64,000 nucleotides of DNA, taken from the NCBI GenBank assembly GCA_965199995.1, contig OZ241328.1:716627-780626 (forward strand), read 5' to 3'. This stretch comes from Dehalococcoidia bacterium. GTDB taxonomy: Bacteria; Chloroflexota; Dehalococcoidia; Lucifugimonadales; UBA3495. The notes under the pieces were generated by a model, which was given only the letters and a program-made list of their open reading frames with translations, made no database searches and was not told where the DNA came from. A program made the translations under genes and the position numbers. Below are positions 54,789 to 63,978 of this stretch, piece after piece. How positions within the stretch are numbered: position 1 is the stretch's first letter; each line of letters starts with the position of its first letter.

Positions 54789-55052
54789 GTGGCTAAGGTG
54801 TTCATTCCCACCATGCTTCAGACGCTGACGGGCGGCGTCAAGCAAACCGAGTGCCAGGGCCGCAACGTCCGCCAGATAATCGACGGTCTGGAAGCCCAGT
54901 ATCCCGGCATCAAGGCGAGGCTGGTGGAAGACGGCGATATTCGCTCCAACCTAGCCGTTGCTATTGACGGCGATGTGGCGCGGATGGGTATGCTGGAGCG
55001 CGTTGGAGAGAATAGCGAAGTGCATTTTGTTCCCGCTATCGGGGGTGGTTAA
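54789..55052 (+). CDS. MoaD/ThiS-family ubiquitin-like sulfur-carrier protein (C-terminal GG)
   Basis: MAKVFIPTMLQTLTGG...VHFVPAIGGG. GTG 54789 lies 6 nt after AGGAGG. Confidence 0.7.
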   Translation: MAKVFIPTMLQTLTGGVKQTECQGRNVRQIIDGLEAQYPGIKARLVEDGDIRSNLAVAIDGDVARMGMLERVGENSEVHFVPAIGGG

Positions 55053-55222
55053 CCCCCGGCGGCATTCCCCGGGGAAGCCCGCTGCCCGCATCCCTAGAGT
55101 AAACCCCTGCCGGTACTTCCGCCCCCCTAGTCGCTCCCCGTCCCTCGCTCGTTGCATATGTGGGCAAAATGCTGTTATCCCCGGCGGGTGCCGGCAATGT
55201 CTCGTAATCTTGTAGTCCCCCC

Positions 55223-55269
55223 GTCATTCCCGCGAAGCTGGTCCCCGTGAAAACGGGGGGCGGGAATCC
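55223..55269. repeat. REP-like hairpin variant split by an inner hairpin
   Basis: GTCATTCCCGCG-AAGCTGGT-CCCCGT GAAA ACGGGG-GGCGGGAATCC. Confidence 0.7.
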
Positions 55270-55504
55270 AAATGCCGCAACAGATACGTTTCTTTGCCTT
55301 AAAGCGCTCGGATTTCCCTTCCGGTCTTTGCAGAGACAAGCCGCGGCAGGAATGACACTGGCGCAATACTCCATAGCCAACCCCGGCCGAGAAAGCCCGG
55401 CCGGTTAATTGACTGCCAGCTTTCAAGGCAACTAAAATACGAGAAAGATTACCCCCGGCAGGCTTGGATGGGCAGGTTTATTCCAGCGCAACATACAGGC
55501 GGAG

Positions 55505-55972
55505 ATGACAGAGAAAGCGACTTTCAGAGTAGAAAATCTAGTTTCTTCCGGCGGAGTGGTGTTCCGGGAAGTCGACGGACGGCTGGAAACGGTGTTGTGT
55601 GGGCGGTCGGAGCCGGTGCGCTGGAGTCTGGCCAAAGGCACTCCCGACCCCGGCGAGACGCTGGAGCAAACCGCGCTTCGGGAAGTGCAGGAAGAAACAG
55701 GACTGGAAGTCCGACTGGAAGAACCGCTGGGCAGTATTGAGTATTGGTTTGCTGACCGCGACAACGATGTCCGTTACCACAAGACCGTTCACTTTTATCT
55801 GATGTCGCCCGTGGGAGGACACATCGACCTGCACGACCCGGAGTTTGACGTGGTGCAATGGTTCGATGCCGGCGAGGCGCTGGATGCCATGGCATACGGC
55901 AACGAGGCCGGTATGTTGCGGCGGGCTATGGACCGCATAAGGACACGACAAGGTCAAGGCCGAGATGGTTGA
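55505..55972 (+). CDS. NUDIX hydrolase
   Basis: 155 aa; Nudix box KGTPDPGETLEQTALREVQEETGL. Confidence 0.8.
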   Translation: MTEKATFRVENLVSSGGVVFREVDGRLETVLCGRSEPVRWSLAKGTPDPGETLEQTALREVQEETGLEVRLEEPLGSIEYWFADRDNDVRYHKTVHFYLMSPVGGHIDLHDPEFDVVQWFDAGEALDAMAYGNEAGMLRRAMDRIRTRQGQGRDG

Positions 55973-56654
55973 ACTCCATGGCGCGAAGGTGATCCTTCGC
56001 GAGAAGCGTATTGAAGACGCTGAGAAGGATTACCGCTGGCGCAGCGACCCGGAAATCGCCCGGCTGGATGCCGCCTACCCCCTCAGTATGTCCTACGAAC
56101 GCTACCTCAAGCTGTTCCAGGACCAGTTGCGCTACCCCACTCCCGGCTCGCACCACTTCGGCGCCGACGCCATTGACGGCACCTACATCGGCAACTGTAT
56201 GTATTATGACCTAGACAGCATCAATAAAGAGGCGGAGCTGGGCATAGTCATCGGCGAGCGGGACTATTGGGGCAACGCCTACGGCTATGACGCGGTAACC
56301 ACCCTCCTGAATCATATGTTTATGGACTTGCAGCTTAACCGCGTATATCTCCACACCCTCGACTGGAATGAGCGGGCCCAGCGCAGCTTTGCCAAGTCGG
56401 GATTCAAGCCCGTGCGCACCGTCCGCCGCATGTCCCGAGACTTCATCCTGATGGAAGTCCTGCGCGAGGAATGGTTGACCACTTCCGAAGATCGCCTGGC
56501 CGCCCGATTTAACGGGATGGACGCCATATCCAACGGGAACGCCCCGGCCATATCAGCGTCACCGGCGGCTCTGGAAGACCCCCAGCCAGCGCCCGAAGAT
56601 GAACCTCAGTCCAGGCGCCGCCGGTCGGTCTTCCCGCAATCCGGATTGGACTGA
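55965..56654 (+). CDS. GNAT family N-acetyltransferase (RimJ/RimL-like) with a Pro-rich tail
   Basis: 229 aa; ..WGNAYGYDAVTTLLNHMF..LNRVYLHTLDWNERAQRSFAKSGF. Overlaps the NUDIX gene by 8 nt (ATGGTTGA). Confidence 0.75.
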   Translation: MVELHGAKVILREKRIEDAEKDYRWRSDPEIARLDAAYPLSMSYERYLKLFQDQLRYPTPGSHHFGADAIDGTYIGNCMYYDLDSINKEAELGIVIGERDYWGNAYGYDAVTTLLNHMFMDLQLNRVYLHTLDWNERAQRSFAKSGFKPVRTVRRMSRDFILMEVLREEWLTTSEDRLAARFNGMDAISNGNAPAISASPAALEDPQPAPEDEPQSRRRRSVFPQSGLD

Positions 56655-56660
56655 TTCGCC

Positions 56661-57404
56661 CTAGCTCCCTCCTTCGAAGGAAAGAAGATCATAGGACGCC
56701 GCCACTGCGTCCGGCAGGCTGACGGCGCCGGTATACAACGCCCGCCCGACGATGACACCCTCGACCCCGGTCGGCGCGAGTTGCCGTAGGTCCTCTACCG
56801 ACGATACGCCCCCGGATGCCAGAACCGCCATCCTTGTTTCCCGCACCAGTCTAGCGTTAGTGTCCAGGTCGGGGCCGGTCAGCATCCCGTCGCGTGCGAT
56901 GTCGGTGTAGAGCAGCCGGACGACGCCCAGCCCGGCCATACGCTGCGCCAGTTCCAGAACGCTGACTTCGCTGGCCTCGGTCCATCCTTGTAGCGCGACC
57001 ATCCCGTCGCGCGCATCCACCGACACTATCACCTGCTGGCTGCCATAGTCCCGGCAAACTTGGCGCACCATGTCCGGGTCGCGCACTGCCGCCGTGCCAA
57101 TAACAACTCGCTCTACCCCGGCTTCCAGCCAGGCGGCCGCCGTGGCCGCACTGCGGATGCCGCCGCCCACCTGCACCGGGATGTTCAGCGCGGCCACTAT
57201 GGCGGAGATGGTCTCCAGATGCGCCGGTTCGCCGGTGGCTGCGCCGTCCAGATCCACCACGTGCAACCTGGGCCCGCCCTGCTCCTGCCAGCGGAGGGCC
57301 ATGGCCACCGGGTCGTCGGAGAACACTGTTTCGCGGCGGAAGTCGCCTTGGTGCAATCGGACGCAGCGCCCCCCGCGCAGGTCAATGGCCGGGATTACTT
57401 CCAT
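56661..57404 (-). CDS. hisA: ProFAR isomerase HisA
   Basis: 247 aa; MEVIPAIDLRGGRCVRLHQGDF, HVVDLDGA, VQVGGGIRS, TDIARDGMLTGPD. Confidence 0.9.
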   Translation of the reverse strand: MEVIPAIDLRGGRCVRLHQGDFRRETVFSDDPVAMALRWQEQGGPRLHVVDLDGAATGEPAHLETISAIVAALNIPVQVGGGIRSAATAAAWLEAGVERVVIGTAAVRDPDMVRQVCRDYGSQQVIVSVDARDGMVALQGWTEASEVSVLELAQRMAGLGVVRLLYTDIARDGMLTGPDLDTNARLVRETRMAVLASGGVSSVEDLRQLAPTGVEGVIVGRALYTGAVSLPDAVAASYDLLSFEGGS

Positions 57405-58063
57405 ACTTTCTGGAGGCTTCCGGAGGCCGCGGAGCTGTTAGCCGCCATAGCCACGAAGTTGCGGTAGATGCGAAGTCCCACCGGACCGCTTTTCTCCGGG
57501 TGAAATTGAGTGGCGACCACGTTGTCCCTCGCGTAGACGCTGCAAAAGGGCAGCCCGTACTCGGTGGTTCCGATGATGCCATCGGCCTCCGAGGGATCGG
57601 CGTAAAAGCTGTGAACGAAATAGAAATAGCTGCCGGATTCAATATCATTCAATGCCGGGTGAAATTCACTAAGAGCAACGCTGTTCCAACCCATGTGGGG
57701 AATCTTCAATGCCTGGTCGCCTTCGGACTCCGGCAGCCGCTTCACGCGTCCCGGCACGATGCCTAGGCAAGGCGAGCCGCCTTCCTCATCCGTCCAGTCC
57801 AGCAGCAACTGAAGGCCAAGACAGATGCCTAGGAAGGGGCGCCCACTGTCGGCAAACTCCCGCAGCGGCTCCACCCACCCTCGTTGCCGCAGGGCAGTCA
57901 TAGCTGCTGGGCCGGAGCCGACCCCGGGCAGAACTAGAGCGCCGGCATCAGCCAAATCCTGCGGGTCGCCGGTCACCAGCGGCTCCACGCTGAAATTTTC
58001 CAGAGCGCGGGAGACGCTGCGCAGGTTCCCTGATTCGTAGTCCACCACAACCAATTTCATCAT
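57395..58063 (-). CDS. hisH: Imidazole glycerol phosphate synthase, glutamine amidotransferase subunit HisH
   Basis: 222 aa; VVDYESGNLRSV, LVLPGVGS, GICLGLQLL, FVHSFY, QFHPEKS. Confidence 0.9.
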   Translation of the reverse strand: MMKLVVVDYESGNLRSVSRALENFSVEPLVTGDPQDLADAGALVLPGVGSGPAAMTALRQRGWVEPLREFADSGRPFLGICLGLQLLLDWTDEEGGSPCLGIVPGRVKRLPESEGDQALKIPHMGWNSVALSEFHPALNDIESGSYFYFVHSFYADPSEADGIIGTTEYGLPFCSVYARDNVVATQFHPEKSGPVGLRIYRNFVAMAANSSAASGSLQKVWK

Positions 58064-58069
58064 CCGCCC

Positions 58070-58657
58070 CTAAGCCTGTTGTCCGGTGGCTCGCTCGATG
58101 GGCAGCTCGCGGTCTTCATAGCGGGCAACCACGAAAAGCAGGTCGCCCAATCGGTTGAGATATGACACTAGCAGCTCATTGGTCAGTAGTCCTGCTTCCC
58201 CCATGGCGACCACGCGCCGCTCGGCGGTTCGCACCACGCAGCGGGCTAAATCCATCGCTGCCGAAGCGGGAGAGCCGCCGGGCAGGATGAACACGTTGGG
58301 CATGGTCATGTCCCTTTCCAGGGAGTCTATGGCTTCTTCCAGGTTCTGCACCATCGCGGGAGTCACCGGCGAGAAATGCTGCTGGAACAGGTCATACTTG
58401 TCGGGGTCGGTGGCCAGTTCCGCCGCTACGGTAAACAGCTCGCTCTGCAAACGGCGCAGCAGATCCTTGACGCGCTCGTCGCTAGACATAGCCCGAGCCA
58501 ACCCCATAGCCGATACGGCCTCATCGGTGATGCCATAGGCTTCGGTATGGGGGTTGTTCTTGGAGATACGTCCGCCGTAAAGCAGACTGGTCTCGCCTTT
58601 GTCGCCGAATTTGGTGTATACCCTCTTGCGGTATTCCCCGGAACTTTCAGAGGCCAC
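58070..58657 (-). CDS. PduO-type ATP:cob(I)alamin adenosyltransferase
   Basis: VYTKFGDKGETSLLYGGRISKNNP and ...LQSELFTVAAELAT. GTG 58657 follows GAGGGA; the track start at 58693 is the alternative. Confidence 0.8.
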   Translation of the reverse strand: MASESSGEYRKRVYTKFGDKGETSLLYGGRISKNNPHTEAYGITDEAVSAMGLARAMSSDERVKDLLRRLQSELFTVAAELATDPDKYDLFQQHFSPVTPAMVQNLEEAIDSLERDMTMPNVFILPGGSPASAAMDLARCVVRTAERRVVAMGEAGLLTNELLVSYLNRLGDLLFVVARYEDRELPIERATGQQA

Positions 58658-58832
58658 AGGCGTCCCTCTCTCTTGGCAGACTGGATGGCCCACAAAGGCC
58701 CCTAAACGATTTTAGCACAAGGCCGCGCCTAGTCTCGCAGCGTTCTTTGGGGCCGAACTGTTTCGATTTTAGGGAACTATGGGCAGAATTTGCGGATATA
58801 ATTGGGGAAGGAACCATTGGAGGTGATTCGCC

Positions 58833-59591
58833 ATGCCGCCTGAAGTTCGCGTAATTGGCGTTGAGGGTATGCCGGAAGTAGGCCTAGGCGACGATTTGGC
58901 CGGTCTAATGATGGACGCCGCCGCTGCTCAAGACACCCCCATAGCAGAGGGGGACATACTGGTAGTTACCCAGAAAGTTATCTCCAAGGTGGAAGGCAAG
59001 GTGGTGACTTTCGAGGACATCGAGCCTTCGCAACTTGCAATTACGATAACCGAAGGGCACCGGCGCGATCCGCGCCATACCGAGGCGATATTGCGGGAAG
59101 CCGTCCGCATCGTGCGGATGGATCGCGGAGTAATCATCGCCGAGACCAAGCATGGCTTCTATTGCGCCAATGCCGGAATCGACGCCTCCAACATCCCCGG
59201 TGACAACACCATAGCCCTACTGCCGGACGACTCCGACGTTTCCGCTCAGGGCCTTCGCGCCGCGGTTCAAGCACGTCTGGGAGTTAACGTGGCCGTCATC
59301 GTTTCTGATACTTTTGGTCGGCCCTGGCGCAACGGCGCGGCCAACGTTGCCATCGGAGTGGCCGGCATGGACCCGTTGCTGGACTACGTGGGGGCGCTGG
59401 ACGCCTACGGCAACGTGCTGCACACCACCCAGATTGCCGTGGCCGATGAGCTGGCCGCCACCGCGGAGCTGGTCACCGGCAAGGCCCTGGGAATTCCTGT
59501 CACCATAATACGAGGCTACGCCTTCGAGCCGATGGAAGATGCCACAATCCAGCGGCTGCTGCGTTCCGGCGAGCGCGATCTGTTCCGGTAG
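58833..59591 (+). CDS. cofE: Coenzyme F420-0:L-glutamate ligase (CofE/FbiB N-domain)
   Basis: 252 aa; GDILVVTQKVISKVEGKVV, ETKHGFYCANAGIDASN, IVSDTFGRPWRNG. Confidence 0.85.
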   Translation: MPPEVRVIGVEGMPEVGLGDDLAGLMMDAAAAQDTPIAEGDILVVTQKVISKVEGKVVTFEDIEPSQLAITITEGHRRDPRHTEAILREAVRIVRMDRGVIIAETKHGFYCANAGIDASNIPGDNTIALLPDDSDVSAQGLRAAVQARLGVNVAVIVSDTFGRPWRNGAANVAIGVAGMDPLLDYVGALDAYGNVLHTTQIAVADELAATAELVTGKALGIPVTIIRGYAFEPMEDATIQRLLRSGERDLFR

Positions 59592-59652
59592 CCCCGGCGC
59601 CGGAGGTGTGTGTTTGTTCCCGGAGAGACCCTGGGGGAGCGGGCGGGCAGAG

Positions 59653-60774
59653 CTAGGGTGAACTGGCATCCGTCGACAGTCTGCCCTTGACCGCTCGAAA
59701 GTCTCCTGTCAAGGACAGCGGAAGTTGCCACTCCAACTCCGCATCGGCGAAATTGCTTACTCCTACCCCGAGCAGCCGGAAAGTTCGACCTGGAGTGAAT
59801 TCGGCGGAAAATAGACGCCAGGCGGCGTCTCGGATAGGCCCGGCCTCGCTGGATGGAACAGGAAGAGTTGTTTGGCGAGTGAAGGTTGTGAAGTCGGCCA
59901 GGCGCATCTTTACCGTAACGGTGCGTCCCTGCAATCCTTTGCGGTCCAGGCTTTCGGCCACGCTGCCGGCCAGTTCATCCAGCACATGGCGCAGTTCCGG
60001 CCCGTCGCCGTTATCGTCCGGGAAAGTTGTTTCGGATGATACCGATTTGGTGATGCGCTCGGTTTCCACCGGCTCGTCATCCAGGCCGATGGTCCGTTGC
60101 CGGACCGTGTCCGCCCGCTGCCCGAACACGCGCTGAAACCACTCCGGCGACTGCCTCGCCAGCATCCCGATAGTGTTCACGCCCTCGGAGTGGAGGCGTT
60201 CGGCGGTCTTGGGGCCGATGCCCCAAAGCTTGCCCACGGGCAGGGGCGCAAGAAACTCGGCTTCATCGCCCGGCGGCACGACCACCAGCCCGTCGGGCTT
60301 GTCCATGTCTGAAGCAATCTTGGAGACCGACTTGCACGTGCTGACCCCTACGGAAACGGTCAGCCCGGTCCCCTCCTTAACCCGCCGCTTTAGTTCCAGC
60401 GCCACGCCCAGCGGCCAGCGCCCTTTTCTTTCATCCACCGTTTCGCTGATGTCGAGATAGGCTTCGTCCAGGGACAGCGGCTGGACAACCCCGGTAAACT
60501 GGCGGAATACATCCATCACCTGCCGCGACATTTCGCGATAGCGGTGGAATCTCGGGGGGATGATGATGCCCTGGGGACAGAGGCGCGCAGCAGTGCGCAT
60601 GGGCATGGCGGAATGCACGCCGAAGGGACGGGCTTCGTAGGATGCTGTGGCCACCACTCCGCGATTTTCCGGACGCCCGCCGACCAGCACCGCCTTGCCG
60701 AGCAACTCCGGATTGTCCAATTGCTCCACGGTGGCGTAAAAAGCGTCTAGGTCGGCGTGGATGATGTGCCTCAT
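59653..60774 (-). CDS. dinB: DNA polymerase IV (Y-family)
   Basis: 373 aa; IIHADLDAFYATVEQ, SLDEAYLDI, VGVSTCKSVSKIASDMDKPDG, LWGIGPKT. Confidence 0.9.
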   Translation of the reverse strand: MRHIIHADLDAFYATVEQLDNPELLGKAVLVGGRPENRGVVATASYEARPFGVHSAMPMRTAARLCPQGIIIPPRFHRYREMSRQVMDVFRQFTGVVQPLSLDEAYLDISETVDERKGRWPLGVALELKRRVKEGTGLTVSVGVSTCKSVSKIASDMDKPDGLVVVPPGDEAEFLAPLPVGKLWGIGPKTAERLHSEGVNTIGMLARQSPEWFQRVFGQRADTVRQRTIGLDDEPVETERITKSVSSETTFPDDNGDGPELRHVLDELAGSVAESLDRKGLQGRTVTVKMRLADFTTFTRQTTLPVPSSEAGPIRDAAWRLFSAEFTPGRTFRLLGVGVSNFADAELEWQLPLSLTGDFRAVKGRLSTDASSP

Positions 60775-60965
60775 TCAGCGTCCCCACGGCGGTCAGGGGT
60801 TTGAGCCGACAGCGAACCCGCTTGACTATTCATCGCTTATTTTACACCGCCGCTTGACCGCGCCCAATTGATTTCCCCCGGCGGCAAGACCGGAAATCGG
60901 CAGTAAGAAAACCCGGAGGCAGGCGCGCTAGTAGGTCAACCCCTTATGAAATACAACCCGTCCGT

Positions 60966-61136
60966 TCCGGCGGAAAGCCGTATTCCAGCCCGTTGAGGAT
61001 GCCTGATTTTGGAACGATGCCGCCTGATTTGGTTCGTGGAGTTCGTGGATTCCCGCTTTCGCGGGAATGACAGGGGAGGCGGGAATGACAGGGGAGGCGG
61101 GAATGACGGGTATTAGGCCACTCAAATGCGATAGCC
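60966..61136. repeat. MITE-like intergenic repeat, copy 2, with internal 9-bp and 18-bp tandem expansions
   Basis: Shares its blocks with 3028-3148. Hairpin GGATTCCCGC-TTTC-GCGGGAATGAC at 61047-61071, then AGGGGAGGCGGGAATGAC x2 (61072-61107). GTTCGTGGA x2 at 61032-61049. Confidence 0.75.
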
Positions 61137-61244
61137 TTGGGGCGCGCTCGCCTCCGCCGTAGCGCCAATCTGCAGGCCGCGTTACAATGGCGGCAGTCAT
61201 AGTTCGGCAGGCGCGCCCAACACGTCATCACTTCAGGAGACTGT

Positions 61245-62573
61245 ATGCCTACCATACTAGAAGAATATATCGCCAAGCACCCCGGCTCGGCGCAGCGTTA
61301 TGAAGAGAGCGTCACCATATTCCCTGGCGGCGTGACCCACGATACCCGCTACGCCACCCCGTTTCCTCTGTTTATGACCCACGGGGAAGGCCCTCGCAAG
61401 TGGGACGTAGACGGCAATGAATATGTGGACTACGTTTCGGGGCACGGCGCTTTGTTGCTGGGCCATTCCCATCCCGCCATTGCTGAGGCGGTTTCGCGCC
61501 AGATCCAGCGCGGCACTCACTTGGGCGCGTCTACTGATGAGGAACTGCGCTGGGCCAGAGCCATCAAGGCTTTGATGCCTTCCATCGAAAAAGTGCGCTT
61601 TCACAGCTCCGGCACCGAGGCGACGCTGATGGCCATGCGATTGGCCCGGGCCTACACCGGTAAAGATAAGGTCATCAAGCTGCAGGACCACTTCCATGGC
61701 TGGCACGACTATGCCATGGCTGGCTCCGATCGTTCGGCGCCCGGTATCCCTGACGCCAGTATGGGGACGATGATAGTGGTGCCCGCCGGCGACCTGGGAG
61801 CCGTTGAGGATGTGTTGTCGAAGGACGACAACGTGGCTGCCCTCATCCTGGAGCCCACCGGCGCCCATTACGGGCAGCTTACCTACGATGTTCCCAACTA
61901 TCTGAAAGGGCTGCGGGAACTGACGGTGCAGCATGGCGTAGTCCTGATTTTCGATGAGGTGGTTACCGGCTTCCGCGCTTCCCCCGGCGGCGCTCAGGTG
62001 CGCTACGGCATCTCGCCAGACCTAACCACCATGGCCAAAATAGTGGCCGGAGGGCTGCCTGGCGGCTCAGTGGGCGGCAAGGCGGACATCGTAGACATGA
62101 TTGCCCACCGGGGCGACCCAGAGTGGGACAACGCGCGCCGCGTCTACCATCCGGGCACCTTCAACGCCAACCCGCTGTCTGCCGCCGCCGGGGCAACGGC
62201 TCTGGAGATGATCGCCTCTCAGCCCATTAACCAGCAAGCCGATGCTATGGCAGACCGGCTGAAGGTGGGCCTGAACGAGGCCTTGGGACGGCTGGAAATC
62301 CCCGGCCACGCCTATGGCATCGCCTCGATGATCCACGTGGTGCTGGCCGACTGCGACCCTGACCATTCCCCCATGTCGCACTCGCAGATTGCCCGCTCTG
62401 CTGCGTCGCCCGCAGCCACCGCCATGAAGCGCGGTCTTCAGAACCGCGGCATCGACATAATGGGCCGCGACGCCTTCCTAGTCTCCGCCACCCACAACGA
62501 GGCGGAAATCGATCAGACCCTCGAAGCCTTCGCCGACACCATGGCCGCCGTCCGCGCTGAGGGCCTGATTTAA
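61245..62573 (+). CDS. Class III PLP aminotransferase (glutamate-1-semialdehyde aminomutase-like)
   Basis: 442 aa; GHGALLLGHSHP, FHSSGTEATLMAMRLARAYTG, IFDEVVTGFR, TMAKIVAGGLP (Lys). Confidence 0.8.
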   Translation: MPTILEEYIAKHPGSAQRYEESVTIFPGGVTHDTRYATPFPLFMTHGEGPRKWDVDGNEYVDYVSGHGALLLGHSHPAIAEAVSRQIQRGTHLGASTDEELRWARAIKALMPSIEKVRFHSSGTEATLMAMRLARAYTGKDKVIKLQDHFHGWHDYAMAGSDRSAPGIPDASMGTMIVVPAGDLGAVEDVLSKDDNVAALILEPTGAHYGQLTYDVPNYLKGLRELTVQHGVVLIFDEVVTGFRASPGGAQVRYGISPDLTTMAKIVAGGLPGGSVGGKADIVDMIAHRGDPEWDNARRVYHPGTFNANPLSAAAGATALEMIASQPINQQADAMADRLKVGLNEALGRLEIPGHAYGIASMIHVVLADCDPDHSPMSHSQIARSAASPAATAMKRGLQNRGIDIMGRDAFLVSATHNEAEIDQTLEAFADTMAAVRAEGLI

Positions 62574-62652
62574 CGGGGTCGCCTGGATGAATCTGTTAGA
62601 ATCCATGACAGCGGGCTAATATTCAACGGAGCAATAACAGGGAGTATTTGAG

Positions 62653-63387
62653 ATGCCTTCGTTTACGGACAAGCTGACGGTCAACGGTTCAGAAATGGAT
62701 ATGTACGCTGCGGTGCCCAGCGGCGGCGCGGCCCCCTACCCCGCCGTGGTTATCGCCTTCCACGTCGGCGGGCTGGACGAGTTCGACAAGGTAATGGCCG
62801 ACCGGCTGGCCGAGGCCGGTTACGTGGCCGTGGTGCCGGACCTGTTTCACCGCTACACCGACGAACAACTCAACGGCCCGCGCCTAGAGCGGCTCAACTA
62901 CCTCAACGATCCGGACATCATCGCCGATATGAACGCCGCGGTGGACTTCCTGGTTGCCAACCCCCACGTGGACAGCGACCGCATCGGCGTTACCGGATTC
63001 TGCATGGGCGGGCGCATCGCGTGGATGATGGCCGCGTCCAACCCCATCTTCAAGGCTACTGTGCCTTTCTACGGCGGCAATATCATGGGCATCTGGGGCG
63101 ACGGTGCCCAGCCCCCCTTCGATATGACCGACAATATCAACTGCCCCATGATGTTCCACTTTGGCTCCATCGACGTCAATCCCTCCCTGGAGGATAGGGA
63201 CAAACTGGAAGCGGAGTTGACCCGGCTGGGAAAGACCTTCGAGTTCCATACCTATGAAGGCGCCAATCACGCTTTCATGGACTTCAACAATCCCGAACGC
63301 CACCACCCGGAAGCCGCTGCCGCCGCTTGGCCGCGCACCATCGATTTCTTTGACAAGCACTTGAAGCCCGCTGAAGTGGCCGCCTAG
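62653..63387 (+). CDS. Dienelactone hydrolase family protein
   Basis: 244 aa; YPAVVIAFHVGGLDE, nucleophile elbow GVTGFCMGGRIAW, GANHAF. Confidence 0.8.
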   Translation: MPSFTDKLTVNGSEMDMYAAVPSGGAAPYPAVVIAFHVGGLDEFDKVMADRLAEAGYVAVVPDLFHRYTDEQLNGPRLERLNYLNDPDIIADMNAAVDFLVANPHVDSDRIGVTGFCMGGRIAWMMAASNPIFKATVPFYGGNIMGIWGDGAQPPFDMTDNINCPMMFHFGSIDVNPSLEDRDKLEAELTRLGKTFEFHTYEGANHAFMDFNNPERHHPEAAAAAWPRTIDFFDKHLKPAEVAA

Positions 63388-63468
63388 TCCCTTGTCTTGG
63401 GAGAAAAGGGGAGGGTGGGGAACCGCTCTCCCCAACTGTAATGGACTTTTCCGGTTAAGGAGTAGCAG

Positions 63469-63978
63469 ATGCCGCGCGTGTCATTGGACTTGGAAAATGC
63501 CGACGATCTGGCCCTGCTCAATGCTGTGGGATGGCGAGTGGCCATGGGCGTAGTGCCCGGCGAGCCTAACCAGGGGCTTGTTGCTGAAATGCGGGAAAGC
63601 CCGGCCCGGCTACCGGATTACGACGATTCTTGGTGGGAGCAGAACGCCGATATTCAGGAACGCCGCTCTGTCGGCTTCACCTTCGCCTGGTACCGGCTTA
63701 AGGTGACCATTCCTTCCACTGTGAAAGGCGAAGACGTCGCGGGCCGTAGGGTGTGGTTCGAGACCAACGTGGACAACTACGGCGAGGTCTACGTTGACGG
63801 GCAGATTGACCGCAACCTATGGATCATCACGGGCAACAACGTGCCTAAGCGTATTCTCGTCGAGGATAGCGCCGTCCCCGGTACGGAACACGTCATTGCC
63901 GTATTGGTAGGCAACGCCCCTCTGGCCGAGCCGGTGGGCACCATATTTATCCGCTATGCCGTGCTGGCAATAGAATAA
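63469..63978 (+). CDS. Hypothetical protein, possibly a galactose-binding-domain-like fold
   Basis: 169 aa. DDSWWE...FAWYRLKVTIP...VWFETNVDNYGEVYVDGQ resembles the sugar-binding jelly-roll of GH2-type proteins, but the resemblance is weak. Confidence 0.45.
   Translation: MPRVSLDLENADDLALLNAVGWRVAMGVVPGEPNQGLVAEMRESPARLPDYDDSWWEQNADIQERRSVGFTFAWYRLKVTIPSTVKGEDVAGRRVWFETNVDNYGEVYVDGQIDRNLWIITGNNVPKRILVEDSAVPGTEHVIAVLVGNAPLAEPVGTIFIRYAVLAIE

Noticed and set aside
55505-56654. NUDIX-GNAT overlapping pair as a GNAT-type toxin-antitoxin module
   Set aside because: GNAT toxins pair with small RHH/DUF1778 antitoxins. Here the partner is a full Nudix hydrolase and the GNAT is RimJ/RimL-like with a long tail, so an ordinary operon overlap is more likely.
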